Source: Octopus sinensis
Taxonomy: Eukaryota
DNA length: 64,000 nt
Assembly (NCBI RefSeq): GCF_006345805.1
Contig: NC_043003.1
Location: 8,804,001-8,868,000 of the forward strand
Direction: 5' to 3'
Below, piece by piece: positions 39,240-52,978 of this stretch (the first letter of the stretch is position 1; each line of letters starts with the position of its first letter). Below the pieces are notes generated by a model that worked only from the letters and a program-made list of their open reading frames with translations, had not been told where the DNA came from and ran no database searches. The position numbers were made by a program, and so were the translations under genes.

Positions 39240-40386
39240 GAATCAGAAATAAGCAAAACAGCATATAATAGACAGAAAAGTCCGTGCAAATGTTCTGTTC
39301 TTCTTGATGATTCTTCAAATTCCTTGAATTTTTTATTGGCATCGAAGCAAACAGATTCATTTACAATTGGGATAGTCTCCAATATTTCCGTTTCTTTCAA
39401 ATACTCTGCAAGCAGTAAGTCACCATTTCGAGTTTGTTTTATCTTTTACTTCTCGTCTTGTAAGATATTTATGGTAACCAAAAGCAGATGTTTCTAGATT
39501 AACACTTTGAACTTCATGCTAAATTAATTTTCCACCCCCAGAGTAAAGAGTCTTAGAAAAATCCACTCCTCAGTTTTCCTGAGTGCACTTTTAGAAGGAC
39601 GTGCAACCAATTCGGCATCTTGAATTTTCAAACTTCTTGGACCAGAAACATATTTAAGTAACCCTAAAATTTTTATTTGTCTCCTTGAAAAATAATAAAT
39701 AATTCAGCATTCCTTTAATGACGTTGCCAAAGGAATATTGCGCGGTTGTTAATAGTTGAAAGAGACTTCAGTGGTCAAAGTATTTCCTTCTCTTGAACAA
39801 AGGCCCTTTAGTGTCACCTCAAAAGGGACGACACACAGTGACGATGCCTTTAAAATTCCCCATTTCTTTGAAATAATAGTCTCTGTGAATTGAATTACAC
39901 TTAACGCTCTTGCTTTCGGTCCAGGATCGTCTTGATTCCTTTACGGTTAACTCGGCATTTAACAAAATCTTGGAGCATCTTATTTTTCAAACAAAGCATC
40001 CAAGCAGTTCGACGAATTTTCCTTCTTCCTTTATATTTTTCTCCCTTTTTTGCTTTTTCAGCAGAGAAAGCCCTCTTGAAAGGATGGAATAATTACCGGT
40101 TCTTCAAGTTCCAAAACGGGATTCTTAATTCTTCATTTGAACCATCAACGTCTTCAATTTCATATAAAACTTCACTGAACGCAGCTTTAACAACTTCGAC
40201 TTCATCATTGTCACTTTCCGTGTTCTCTTCTATTGATTCTTCAATAAAATCTTGTTTATGATGTTCAATTTGCAATCTCTTTTTTTTTTTCTTTTTTCAA
40301 AAATAAAATTGGGAGTTTTAGCTAAATCGACTGCATGCGCTAAACATTGCCGATGCCAGGACAAAATTTATCTCCCAAAACCCTGC
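39240..40386 (-). pseudogene. Decayed hAT-like DNA transposon
   Basis: Minus-strand pieces KNKMLQDFVK..KTILD.KQ (LILD.KTRW motif), WGILK..PFEVTLKGLCSR..TLTT, LATSLKE..RRQ..LGLLKYV and an acidic insert. A CAGGGTTTTGGGA terminus lies near 40385. Confidence 0.6.
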
Positions 40387-40963
40387 CATAACATGCAAAC
40401 ACAATATACTATGAAGTATACTAAATTTCTTTTTTTTTTTTTATAAGTCAGTACCACGCAACTGGTACTTAATTTATCGATCCTGAAAGGGTGAAAGGCA
40501 AAATCGACCTCGGCGGAATTTGAACCTAGAACGTAAAGATAGACGAAAATGGGATTTATTTATTGACAGCAAGCTACATCCATGCATAGATCAGAATTGG
40601 GCCCCTAGACCTATGTGGTCTCCACCCCCGGACAACTGCCCAATGTGGCCCAGCCTTGAGACGATACTGAATTTAGCGTGTCTGCATATGTATATATGTA
40701 TTTATATACATATGTTATGCATGTATATAATGGTCTCTATCTTAAGCACAAGACCATCAGCTTTGAAGGGAGAGTGATTAATTAATATCATCGACACCAG
40801 TTCCGGTTGGATACCGTGTTTTATCAACACCGAAAAAAGTTCTGTGTTAGAAACCCCCAACGAAATTTGAACTCAGAACATAAACAGCAGGAACGAATGC
40901 TGCAAAGCTTCTTTTTTTTTTCGTACTGGTAATGTGAACCTTCTATTATTTACACTGGAAAGA

Positions 40964-41350
40964 AGGCGGCAAACTGGCAGAACCGTTAGCATTCCGGACA
41001 AAATGCTAATCGGCATTTCGTCTCTCTTTATGTTCTGAGTTCAAATTCCACCGAGGTCGATTTTGCCTTTCATCCTTTCGGGGTCGATTAAATAAGTACC
41101 AGTTACGCACTGGGGTCGATATAATCGACTTAATCCGTTTGTCTGTCCTTGTTTGTCCCCTCTGTGTTTAGCCCCTTGTGGGTAGTAAAGGAATAGGTAT
41201 TTCGTCTGCCATTATGTTCTGAGTTCAAATTTCGCCTAAGTCGACTTTGCCTTTCATCCTTTCGGGGTCGATGAAAGATCAGTCAAGTGATGGGAAGTCG
41301 ATGTAATCGAATTTCCCCTTCCCTTAAAACATTCCAGCCCGGTGCCAAAA
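40964..41350 (+). mobile_element. SINE family 2 tandem dimer
   Basis: Head at 40964; junction GAATA|GGTATTTCG at ~41195. Confidence 0.8.
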
Positions 41351-41399
41351 TTTGAAATCTTTGTTTCCATTGAAAAGTAAATTAAAGTGTTCCGTCTTA

Positions 41400-41986
41400 T
41401 TGGTTTCAAATTTTGACACAAGGCCAGCAATTTTGGGAAATGGCGGTAGTCGAGAACTGGTATTATTTTATTAACTCTAGAGCTCAACTGGTGCTTATTT
41501 TATCGACACCGGAAGGCAAAGTCGATCTCAGCGGCATTTAAACTCAGAACGTAAAGGCAAACGAAATACCTATTTTTTTACTACCCACAAGGGGCTAAAC
41601 ACAGAGAGGACAAACAAGGACTGACAAACGGATTACGTCGATTATATCGACTCTAGTGCATAACTGGTACTTATTTAATCGACTCCGAAAGATGAAAGGC
41701 AAAGTCGACCTCAGCGGAATTTGAACTCAGAACGTAGCGGCAGACGAAATACCTATTTTTTTACTACCCACAAGGGGCTAAACACAGAGAGGACAAACAA
41801 GGACAGACAAAGGGATTAAGTCGATTATATCGACCCCAGTGGGTAACTGGTACTTATTTAATCGACCCCGAAAGGATGAAAGGCAAAGTCGACCTCGGCA
41901 GAATTTGAACTCAGAACGTATCGGCAGAGGAAATACTACTAAGCATTTCACCCGGCGTGCTAACGTTTCTGCCAGCTCACCACCTC
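41400..41986 (-). mobile_element. SINE family 2 tandem trimer
   Basis: GAAATAC at ~41563, 41746 and 41930 (period 183-184). Confidence 0.85.
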
Positions 41987-42599
41987 GTGCTCTGTCATTA
42001 ATTCATTCCTAATGAGAAACATTCATTAATCATATGTGGGTATAATGTGTGTGTGTGTGTGAGTGAGTGTGTGTGTGTGTTCAAGGAATAGGAATACCTC
42101 TTATATAATGTTGAAAGATGTCAGAACTGTATGGGAACTATGTCAAAATTTGCAATTCCCAACAAAAACGAGTGCTTCACACCATCCACACATTGACATC
42201 AAATAACCCAATTATTTCAGAGCTAAACAATAAACTAGTTATTTGTTGTTTCTGGTGAGACCTCCGAATCAATTCATGATTTAAATAGACCATATATATT
42301 TGTGCGTGTGTGCGCGTGTGTCTGTGTGCGCATGTGTGTGTGTTGTTCGAATAAATCAAGTTATACAGGGGTGAGCAAAAGTAGCTATACAGTTGCTTAA
42401 TAAGAGAAGAATGATCTTTTCGTTTCTCTATTTCTGTTTTAAACCTAAGAGGTTCATAAGTCGACTAAGGGATCTGCGAGAGATGTCTAGTTCACTGGAA
42501 GCCCTCTTTTTATTATTCATTATTTCTGGGGAGTCTGAGTGGACGCTTGGGTCACAAACGTTTCATTTTCTTCATTGGCAACACTGACCATTGACCACT

Positions 42600-43509
42600 T
42601 TTCTGTACGTTACAGATGGACCTAGTCTGCTCAAATTGTTAGAAACGATCACGAAAGTACAGTTCCCAAAATGACTGCAGAGTTTTATGACCACCTCGAG
42701 AACCCAGTTTCCACAAAAACTGTTCGCCGGGTGCTTCGCAAAGCCGGATTTCATGGGAGGGCTGCAATCAGAAAACCACTACTTTCAAAAACAAACATTG
42801 CAAAGCGTTTAGAGTGGACTAAAAACCTGCAGAATTGGTCCCTAGAGCAGTGGAAGAATGTTATTTTCCCGGACGAGTCATCCTTTACTTCCTATCCGAC
42901 CACCGGTCAAGTATATGTGTGGAGACAGCCAAAAGAAGCATTTGACCCAGACTGCCTTCTTCCAACTGTTAAACATGCAGGAGGATCTGTGATGATCGGG
43001 GGTGGGGGCTATATCTTGGAAATCCGCCGGCCCAATAGTTTCCCTTCATGGCAGACTTAATAGTCAAGACTATTTAAGTATTTAATCTGATCAAATTCAT
43101 CCTATAGTTGCGGAACTGTTTCCGGAGGGAAACGCAATCTATCTTTCAGGATGATAATGCACTAATCCACACGGCTAAAGTTGTTAGTGAATGACACGAG
43201 GAACATTCTAGTGAAGTTGAATATCTTATCTGGCCAGCACAGGCCCTAGGTCTCAATATTATTGAACATTTATGGTGCATTTTAGAAAAACAAGTAAGGA
43301 GTCGATATCCTCCACCATCATCACTACAAGAACTGGAGACTGTTTTAGCTGAAGAATGGACAAAAATACCTTTGGAAACAATTCAAACTCTGTAGAAGTC
43401 CTTAGCTCGTAGAATTCAAGTTGTAATTACTGCCAAAGCTGTCTTACCCTATATTAAAATAAATTCGTTTGAAATTTGAAGGTGTTTCCATTATTTTGTC
43501 CAACCCCTG
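42600..43509 (+). pseudogene. Tc1-family (DD34E) transposase remnant with right TIR
   Basis: VSTKTVRRVL..RKPLLS..WKNVIFPDES..TVKHAGGSVM..FQDDNA..H..WPAQ..LNIIEHLW, with stops and frameshifts. Ends GGTGTTTCCATTATTTTGTCCAACCCCTG-TA. Confidence 0.92.
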
Positions 43510-43588
<79 letters not shown>

Positions 43589-43592
43589 ATAT

Positions 43593-43989
43593 ACTCTTTT
43601 ACTTGTTTCAGTCATTTGACTGCAGCCATGCTGGAGCACCGCCTTTAGTCGAGCAAATCGACCCCGGGACTTATTCTTTGTAAGCCCAGTACTTATTCTA
43701 TCGGTCTCTTTTGCCAAACCGCTAAGTGACGGGGACGTAAACACACCAGCATCGGTTGTCAAGCAATGCTAGGGGGACAAACACAGACACACAAACATAT
43801 ACACACACACTTATATATATACATATATACGACAGGTTTCTTTCAGCTTCCGTCTACCAAATCCACTCACAAGGCATTGGTCGGCCCGGGGCTATAGCAG
43901 AAGACACTTGCCCAAGATGCCACGCAGTGGGACTGAACCCGGAACCATGTGGTTGGTTAGCAAGCTACTTATCACACAGCCACTCCTGC

Positions 43990-43992
<3 letters not shown>
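43593..43992 (-). mobile_element. SINE family 1, full length
   Basis: Nearly identical to 463-853. Confidence 0.85.
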
Positions 43993-44067
<75 letters not shown>

Positions 44068-44636
44068 ATATATATATAATATAATAATATATATATATAT
44101 ATCTTTCTGTCGGTCTTATTACATACATGCATACATTTCAATTTTGTGTTTCGTTAATTTATGTAATTTAAATAACGTTGGAAAGTAATTTAAAATAACT
44201 TCAATAAATTAAAATTAATGGAGGAAAAAAAAAGACGAAGGAATTTATCTCACAACTCAATAAATACCTGAATATTGTTACACAACATTTTTGCATGTCT
44301 TTTCCATTACTAAGAACAGACTGCAGACATTACTGCACACCTAAACACACACACAACACACACACACCACACACACAGTACATTGACACGACGCATATAC
44401 ATATACGCGCACAAAACCTTTACCACACGTATTATATACACGCATGCGCACATGCGCACACAGTCACACAGAGGCTGCAGTAAATGTCTCTTATGACAAT
44501 TATATGTCCTCGCATTACGTTGCTTTCCTGAACACTTACTCATGGCATCTCACATTTCTATTGAATCATTTGTGTATGTAAAGTATGTATCTGCAGCTAT
44601 TTTATGCATGCACTTTTTTATACTCTCTCTCTCTCA

Positions 44637-44680
<44 letters not shown>

Positions 44681-45018
44681 ACACACACACACACACACAC
44701 ACTCACTCACATACAAACACACTTTTTCTCTACAAACTTGTGCACCCAACAAGCCAACCTACCAACCTACAGACCTACCTATCTCCAAAACAGGACGTAC
44801 AAATCTTCCAATGTGGCTGTGGTAAGAAGTTTGCTTCCCTTCCATATGGTTCCGAGTTCAGTCCCACTGCATGGCACCTTGGGCAAATGTCTGTGGGTAG
44901 ATTTGGTTGACAGAAACTGAAAAAATCCCGCTGTATATAAATATATATCTCTGGACCTTACATTCATATATATATATATATATAATCAAAATAAGCAACA
45001 AGAATATCTTCGGTAATT

Positions 45019-45102
45019 TGGTACGATCGTTTCACGCTACATCATTTTATTAAACATTGTAAGTATTACAACAGTTTTAAAATGTTGAGCAATCATCAGC
45101 TA
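45019..45102 (-). ncRNA. Decayed type I hammerhead with long stem II
   Basis: TAG CTGATGA TTGCT...AGCGT GAAA CGATCG TA CCA; palindromic stem III, weak stem I. Confidence 0.35.
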
Positions 45103-45435
45103 TTTATAGAGGTTTTCCATTAATACATATTTTCATATTAATTGATAACATTATAAAGAAGGTAGATATATTTATAAATATAATCGGTGTGCATTCAAAG
45201 TAGTAATTTTACAAAACCGATATGCTTCTAAATCTCTTTAACAATTCACAATAATGACTTTTATTACTTTTATTCCTACCTCAGTTCATCTAATTGTATA
45301 TATATATGTCGTTATTTTCATAAAAAGCCTTTACTTTTTTTTGATTTCCAATGTGCATTTTCACTTCTTTTTTATTTTTTATTTTCCCCTTACATTTCCA
45401 CGTGTAGTTCTATTTTCTTTTTGTAACATATTTCT

Positions 45436-45489
<54 letters not shown>

Positions 45490-46329
45490 GTGCGTGTGTG
45501 TCTTTGTATCAGTATTTGCCCACCACCACTGCTTGATAACCGGTGTTGGTGTATTCACGTTCCCGTGATTTAACAGTTAGGCCGATGGGATAGGTGCCAG
45601 GCTTTACAAGAAAAAAGTCCTGGAGTCGAAAGAAAGCAAGAAGAAACAGAAAGAAACAAAATCTAGAAAATATAATCAAAATTACGTGATGATAAGATGT
45701 AGTTTGAGAAGGTAATTTGTTACTATTTCTAGTAGGTCGAATGAGCACGTAGATAGTCTCTCCAATTAAAGAATCGTTTGGTATATAAACTGTAATGGTA
45801 TGTGGTGTACTGGTTAGAATGTTCGGCTCAAAATCAGAAGGTCGCTGGCTCCATTCTTGGACAAGGCGGGAGGCGGCGTGTTCAACCAATTTGGTAGGCG
45901 GAAACTGAAAGAAGCTCGTCGTGTAAATACACACACACACACACACACACCACACACACACAAACATATATGTATGTATGTGTGTGAGAAAGTGAGAGAA
46001 AGAGAGAGACCTACCTCTTAGGCAGGTCACTTCATTTCATATTACTTCTCTCTCCTCGGATGGTGTGAATACCAAGCGAGTGGTGGTGAAACCTCTCCAT
46101 TGACCTGTCACATCCTGGATGTTCCGATGGACAAACGATGAGGTGGTGGGTTTAAGATGGCTTTTGTCTATGACTGCTTTTGTCGCAAGCTGCTACGAAG
46201 AAAAGAAAGGAAAGACCAGTGAGATGCGGTGTGAGTGGAGTGTGAGTCAAGCAAGTCTTCAACACCAAATCAAGATTAAGCTATTCAGATTTATAAACCA
46301 TAACAGTTAAATGAAAATACCTCTCCTTA

Positions 46330-46690
46330 GAACAAGAAGCTCAGATTGTGATGTCTTGGAATGTCAACTGGCGGGAGTTTTCAAGAATCGGTCTTCAGAA
46401 GGACATTATTTGGGAAGTTCGAAACCAGAAACCCAAGGATTGCTTGTACAATATCACTGAACTGCAGCATATAGCAATACTTTGGTAATAGATTTTGAAG
46501 CAGCCGAGGTCAACACTCTAAGAGAGAAAAAAACCCAGAGTTGAGTCGTGTCCAATCTAGTCCAAATGACTGCAACGTCAGCAGCAGGATCTACAAATCC
46601 CGTTTAGGTCAAAGTTCTCACATAAGCGGCACAACAAAACATCGAACTAAGAACACTGGACAACTGTGTCCTACTGAACGGTCATTCACC
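46330..46690 (+). pseudogene. RTE LINE C-terminal remnant
   Basis: CNVSSRIYKSRLGQSSH resembles the RTE terminal C..C.R.C.SRIGL.SH finger. Confidence 0.5.
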
Positions 46691-47326
46691 GAAACGAAAA
46701 CAAAGCCCAACAGACCTGATTTCATCCACCAACTTGGCCCTTAAATGCTCTCTATAGAGTACATTCTTTTACAAACATTCAGAAAAACACCAATTTCAAA
46801 TATTTTTCTAATTCTACATGACAAAGAGAGGGGCTCTAGGAAAAGTCAGGAGTGGCGACCTTCTTGTCTAGACTAGGTCATGTAAAAAGAAAATGTGTGG
46901 ATGAAAGGGATGATGTAGACGTAAACCAGGTCCCAAATCTAGGAATTTAAGTAAGGAGGAAAAAGAGAAATTTAGGTGGTTGAGTGAAGCTGTCTGTATT
47001 TTGATTTAATGCAAAGTGACGAAAATTGAAAACTAACGAAGCCAAGTGACCAAGCTTTTGAACCAGCAAACATCAAAGGAAATCATCAAAGTCAGAGCTA
47101 AAACAAGATTAAACCAACTGTGAAACAACTGTCAGGTTTTTGGTTGTTTTTTTTTTGTTGTTGTTTTCGTTTTTGTCTCTTGACAAACCCTAAAATAAAC
47201 CATGAAATATCAATAACATCTGACTAATCAATAAATAATGCACACACACACCCACATAATCACTACCCTTTATATATATATATGTGTGTGTGCGTGTGTG
47301 TGTGCGTGTGTGTGCATTAATATATG

Positions 47327-47386
<60 letters not shown>

Positions 47387-48239
47387 ATTATATATATATT
47401 TATATATATAAACACACACACACATACATATACACAGATATACCTATGCATATACAAACATACATATAGCTATAGATATGGGTTTGTATGTGTGTGTGTG
47501 TGCGTACGTGTGTGTGTATGTGTGCGCGTGTGTGTACATGCATATATATATATATATAATATATATATATAAATATATATAGTTCATATGTATGTGTATG
47601 CAATATAAATACAATAAACTTAAATCGATCATGGTATAAATATTGAATAAATACATGTTGTTATTACCGAATCATAATTATGCTATTTGGAAAATAACAG
47701 CATATAAATACCAGGTGCGTCAGTTCTTTTATACAATAACAGATATTTAATATCTGTTATTTAATATATATAATAGAAACCATTTAGGTTAGCTTTGCGA
47801 GTTAATTTCGCTGAACCATTCAAGCAGCTCCTTGAGCTTGATGAAAGAATAGTTGGACTTAAGAAAAGAAAATCTAAGGACTGGTTTGCTAAAAACAGTG
47901 AAGAAACCGGGGGTCTATATAAGAATTTTTGGGGTCCATGCAACAAAATAATAAATTGGGGATTCGCAATAGTATTTTCAGGGCCCCTGAAACAATTTTG
48001 CTTTAGATGTATGTATTGGTATATATTGCAATACAGATTTCTTTCTCTAACATTTTACATAGTTTAACCTACACAGCTGCTAAATGTTTTGAAACATCGA
48101 ATGGCTCGGGGTGGGGGTGGGGCCACCAGAATAATACAGTAGTCAAATGGGTCCATAGATTGAGAATGGTTAAAAACCCCTGATCTACTATAAATAAAAA
48201 CCTTTTCAAAATCCCTTTATTCAAATTCTTTCACCTTCA

Positions 48240-48540
48240 GGTCAACAATGTCAGCCAAGTTGTTGCAAATGATAAACCAGTTGCTCTCCTTGTATCCACG
48301 TTTCAACTTGCCCAGACTCTCCAATTTTCTCTCTATTTTGTTGTATGCATACAGCCAACCAGGCTCTTGTTTCCAGTCCCTTTTTTAATGTTGTCTCTCC
48401 ACATATGTCTTTGACGGTCTCTTGATTTTGTCCCCTCCAAACTTCCTCTGAGGATAGCCTTGAGCAATGAATCGTGACCCATTATATCCAAAACCATACG
48501 GGGGGAAATTAGAAAATTATTATTTTTAAATCTCACAACG
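48240..48540 (-). pseudogene. RTE LINE C-terminal remnant
   Basis: GHDSLLKAILRGSLEGTKSRDRQRHMWRDNIK = RTE 'L.K.IL.G..EG.R.RGR.R..W.D.I' motif. Confidence 0.75.
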
Positions 48541-48563
48541 AGAGATATTCAGCAACAGTACTT

Positions 48564-49011
48564 TGGAGTAAAGATTGTTTGCCAACATAACATGGCAGCC
48601 TGGTTTAGGACGAATGTTGCTGTAATTTAGCCCCAGGAGATATCGTCTCCACCTGGTTTTACAACACGATCTTTGTCCTTATATTTTCGAACAAGGAAAT
48701 CTAGCACCCCCACTCAGCTCAAAACAATATCTGTGTATCGCGATTTCTGGGTTATTTCTCTTCATCAGCACAATTTCCCTTCATCAGTCGAACAATTATT
48801 CTGTGCTGATGAAGGGAAATAACCCAGAAATCGCGATACACAGATATTGTTTTGAGCTGATTGGGGGTGCTAGATTCTCTTGTTCGAAAATATAAGGACA
48901 CAGATAGTGTCGTATAGCCAGCTGGAGACGATGTCTCCTGGGGCTAAATTACAGCAACATTCGTTCTAAACCAGGTCTACCATGTTATGTTGGCAAACAA
49001 TCTTTACTCCA
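48564..49011. mobile_element. Palindromic Penelope-like element: two ~210-bp inverted arms, each with a minimal HHR
   Basis: The arms are reverse complements. HHR + at 48801-48843 (CTGTG CTGATGA AGGG AAATAA CCCA GAAA TCGCGA TA CACAG) and HHR - at 48731-48773. Confidence 0.8.
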
Positions 49012-49368
49012 TACGCAGGAAATCCAGAACTTTTGGGAGAACGAAATAGTGCCACTGAAATTCAATATACTTCAAGGAATAAGAACTCGAAAATGCCCTA
49101 TAACGTTCTGAAGGCGGTATATGATCCACAGCAAACAACCTTTGCTTCTATTAAACTAAATCGTGGTAAGGACACGTATACGCAACCTACTAAAATTCAG
49201 GAACGATGTTATGAACATTATAAAGGGTCTGTTCTGTCGGCTTCATTATTTATTAGCGGTGAAACAGCATAACTGGCTCAAGAGCCAAGACAGCGTTTAA
49301 CAAAGTCTGATGACTGCCTATCCGCGAAGGTCAAAGGCTCTCGAGTCACTTATGTAATGTCACCGCTA

Positions 49369-49405
<37 letters not shown>

Positions 49406-49791
49406 ATTATATATATATATACAATATATATACATATAACTCATATATATACATATATATATATATGTATATATGTTATATATATATACTATAATATACA
49501 TACATACATACATATATATATTATAATATATATATAGGGAGAGAGAACACCACACGAGAAAGATAGAACAGAGAGAGAGAGAGAAAGAGATGCACACTCA
49601 CACACAGTGACAGAGATGTGTGTACAGACAGTACACATACATAAACACATATATATTTATGTATGTATATATGAATGTATATATTTATGTATGTATGTAT
49701 GTATGTATGTATGTATGTATAGACATAGACATAGACATACACACACGTATATATATAGTTAAATAGATAATCAGAGGCAGTTAACCAGGCG

Positions 49792-49882
<91 letters not shown>

Positions 49883-50539
49883 CTAGAGAGAAAAAAAAGG
49901 AAGAAAAGACCATTTAGAGAAACATTAAAAATTCACAGTTGCTCATTGGATGAAGATGGATTTAACCTTTCCTACATCAGCGTAGGTCGAAAGAGTAATA
50001 GTCACGTGTGTGTTTCGATCTGGTACAGGATGACATATGTGGCTGTCTAATCGACATTTAAAAGTGGTCATCGATATCTATGAGCTGTGTCTAACACGTT
50101 GACAATTTGTGAACTCTGATTACCAAATCGAAATCTACAGCTAAGAAAATCGATATCTAAAGATTCCTATCAATCATATTACTGTGTTTATATTGTCTGC
50201 GGCTATTGCTGCCTTGTCGATACCTGAAACCAATTTATCAAACCGATGTCTGAAGTTTCTTCTATGTGAAGTCAACTTCCAGCAACGACATTTAATCAGT
50301 TGATACAAGTCTGAGAGAGAGGGGCTTTACGTAATCGCTCGACCTGCTAGAAATAGAAGCCAAATATCCCTCGAATTAAACTCTCCCATCTTAAAGAAAT
50401 ACATGAATGGACAGAGTTGTTCACAGTACATTGCGACTGAAAAAGTCTTGATGGGCATGGTTGGAATTCCTATGATTATATTTCTCGCACGATGGGCCTA
50501 AACAACAACAAGAGCAATTCTTTTTGTCTTCTTGTTTTC

Positions 50540-50750
50540 TTTTCACTGGTTACAGTCTTTCGACTGCGGCCATGCTGGGACACTGCCTTGAAGGGTTTAA
50601 ATTGACCGAATCTACCGCAGGACTTTTTTTTTTAAGATTGGTACTTATTCTATCGGGCTCTTTTGCCGAACCATTAAGTTATCGGGACGTAAACAAATTC
50701 CAGTTGTCAAACAGTTGTAAGGGACAAACACAAAGACTCACACACACGTA
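50540..50750 (-). mobile_element. SINE family 1, degenerate 3' half
   Basis: GACTGCGGCCATGCTGGG..GGTACTTATTCTATCGG..GCCGAACC. Confidence 0.7.
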
Positions 50751-50769
50751 CATACATGTGTGTGTGTGT

Positions 50770-50865
<96 letters not shown>

Positions 50866-50974
50866 CTGATTTCATGCTTCAAAACGTTGCTTACTTTTTA
50901 CTCAGCCTGATGTATTACGTCTAATAAAAATCATTTGTTATCGTTTCTTTGTGTTCGTATGAATTTGTTAGTGA

Positions 50975-51270
50975 AGGTGCGTGGCTTAGTAGTTAAGGGT
51001 ATTCGTGAGTTCAATTCCCGGCGACGCCTTGTGTCCTTGAACAAGACACTTTATTTCACGTTGTTCCAGTCCACTCAGCTGCCAAAAAAATGAGTAGTAC
51101 CTGTATTTCAAAGAGTCATCCATGTTACATTCTGAGTCACCCTGAATCTCCTTGAGAACTACGTTAACGCGTCTGTGGAGTGCTCAGCACCTTGCAGTTT
51201 AATTTGACGGGCAGGCTGTTCTGCTGATGGAAAAAACTGGAACTCTCGTCGTCGTAACCGACGGAGGGTC
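50975..51270 (+). mobile_element. tRNA-derived CORE SINE with tail type C
   Basis: GTGGCTTAGTAGTT..GAGTTCAATTCCC, CORE TTGTGTCCTTGAACAAGACACTTTA, and tail CGTCGTCGTAACCGACGGA (also at 58672-58735, -). Confidence 0.75.
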
Positions 51271-51599
51271 AGTATGAATTTTTAAAATTATTTGTAGTTA
51301 GTATTAATCAGTATTTATACATAGTTAACCTCGTATATCTTGGTTGATCGCTTAAGATGATTGCTATTTCTCACTTGTAATGTTTGTCTCTCTGGTTTTA
51401 AAAACATTGTATTACCTCACAAAACCTAATTGCAGTAAAGTGAAGACTCAAAAAGGAACTATCAATCATTATTACCAAGAATGTGACACACGTGAATTCA
51501 AAGACACAGTCTTCGGTATCATGAGAGCACTATAATTACAATGTTAAATGTCAATGTATATATATATAAGAAAATAACTGGTTTTTGGACTGGTCAAGA

Positions 51600-52503
51600 A
51601 GTATTATAAATAGAAGTAATCCAGCCGTGACTTTCACAGTTTTTGTATATCAGACACTACATTGGCCAACATTTTCTTATTGATTAAAGGCAGCAAGGAA
51701 TAATTTGAGTGATATTTGGTTGCTATTTCAAACTGACCGACTGAGCGATATTGTATGTGACCAGTTTTCCATCGATGGCTTGCATTTATCTGGTTACTAT
51801 CAGACATGTCAACCAAATGCCTGAATAAGAAGTGCAAGAATCAATACCTGGATGGTATAGGATATAGTATTTGTCAGGCGACCTGGAACCATCAGGGGTT
51901 TCGAATCTTTCCACCTCAGACTTCCTCCCACAAACGTCCCAAGTATTGATCAAAACTCAGACTTACGTCGCAGCAGCACCAGTTAATGAATTAGCACTCT
52001 CAATTCGAAGCCACCGGGTGGCTCCCTCTACTACTTCATTTGCAAACTAAATGGTCCTTTTCTTTTCACCCCAGTAAAATTCAATCAGTTACAGATTTTA
52101 CCGAGTGAGCCTCCCACAAAGCATCGACAGCCCATCTTTATGGACTCATAAATGTTTTCCGGTTTCTGTTCTGGCACTTTTCTACCAATTCCTGATAATT
52201 CCCACATTCCTTCTCCTTGACTTCATCAACATGCTCTTCCCAAGATACTATGAGTTCCGATGATCATGTTTGATCGGAGTTATATGCTGTGCAAACTTCA
52301 GTCGTTGTCCAAAATCGACATGCAACTGACAGTCAGGCCTCAGGTGGCCTCAATTCTGATTTTATTTATGGATCCGGTTTCACCCCATTTAAAAAAAAAT
52401 TCACTTCTTTAGGGACGTAGCGGTGTTTATTCGTGCTGTTGGCAGTTACTAAGTTCTTAGCAACCGTCTTGAACACTTAGCCATGGCCAGAGATGAATTC
52501 TCC

Positions 52504-52588
<85 letters not shown>

Positions 52589-52947
52589 ATATAATAATAA
52601 ATATTAGGGAATAAATCCAAATTTACAGGGAAAAAATCAGATTTAGGATTAAATCCAATTTTATAGTAAATATTATAAAATATTATTAGAGACAAAACCA
52701 CTATTTTGCAAAACAAACAAGGAAAGACTTAATCAATACATAAAATTTTAATAAATAGTCAAAAAAACCGCCACTACAATTGTTTCTTGTCTTGATCGAC
52801 AATCTTCAGGTGGACTTCCAATAAGTCAGTTTCAAATTATATATATATATATACAAGATCCAGATAGATATCAATAAATCACTCAGAATTTGAATGATAT
52901 TTTCTAAATGTAAATATGTTGAAACAACAAAAACGATCGTTACATAC

Positions 52948-52978
<31 letters not shown>

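Noticed and set aside
42365-42395. Left TIR of the Tc1 element (TACAGGGGTGAGCAAAA)
   Set aside because: It matches the right TIR only loosely beyond the first ~7 nt, and the intervening 5' region is not transposase-like; probably a separate element end.
47777-47883. Possible host exon (KPFRLALRVNFAEPFKQLLELDERIVGLKKRKSKDW) with AG/GT borders
   Set aside because: Splice signals are weak, there is no recognisable homology and no consistent neighbouring exons; needs RNA-seq.
49303-49351. AAGT CTGATGA .. CTCTCGAGTC ACTT hammerhead-like motif
   Set aside because: Stems I and III fit, but GAAA is absent and stem II is poor; at most a decayed relic.
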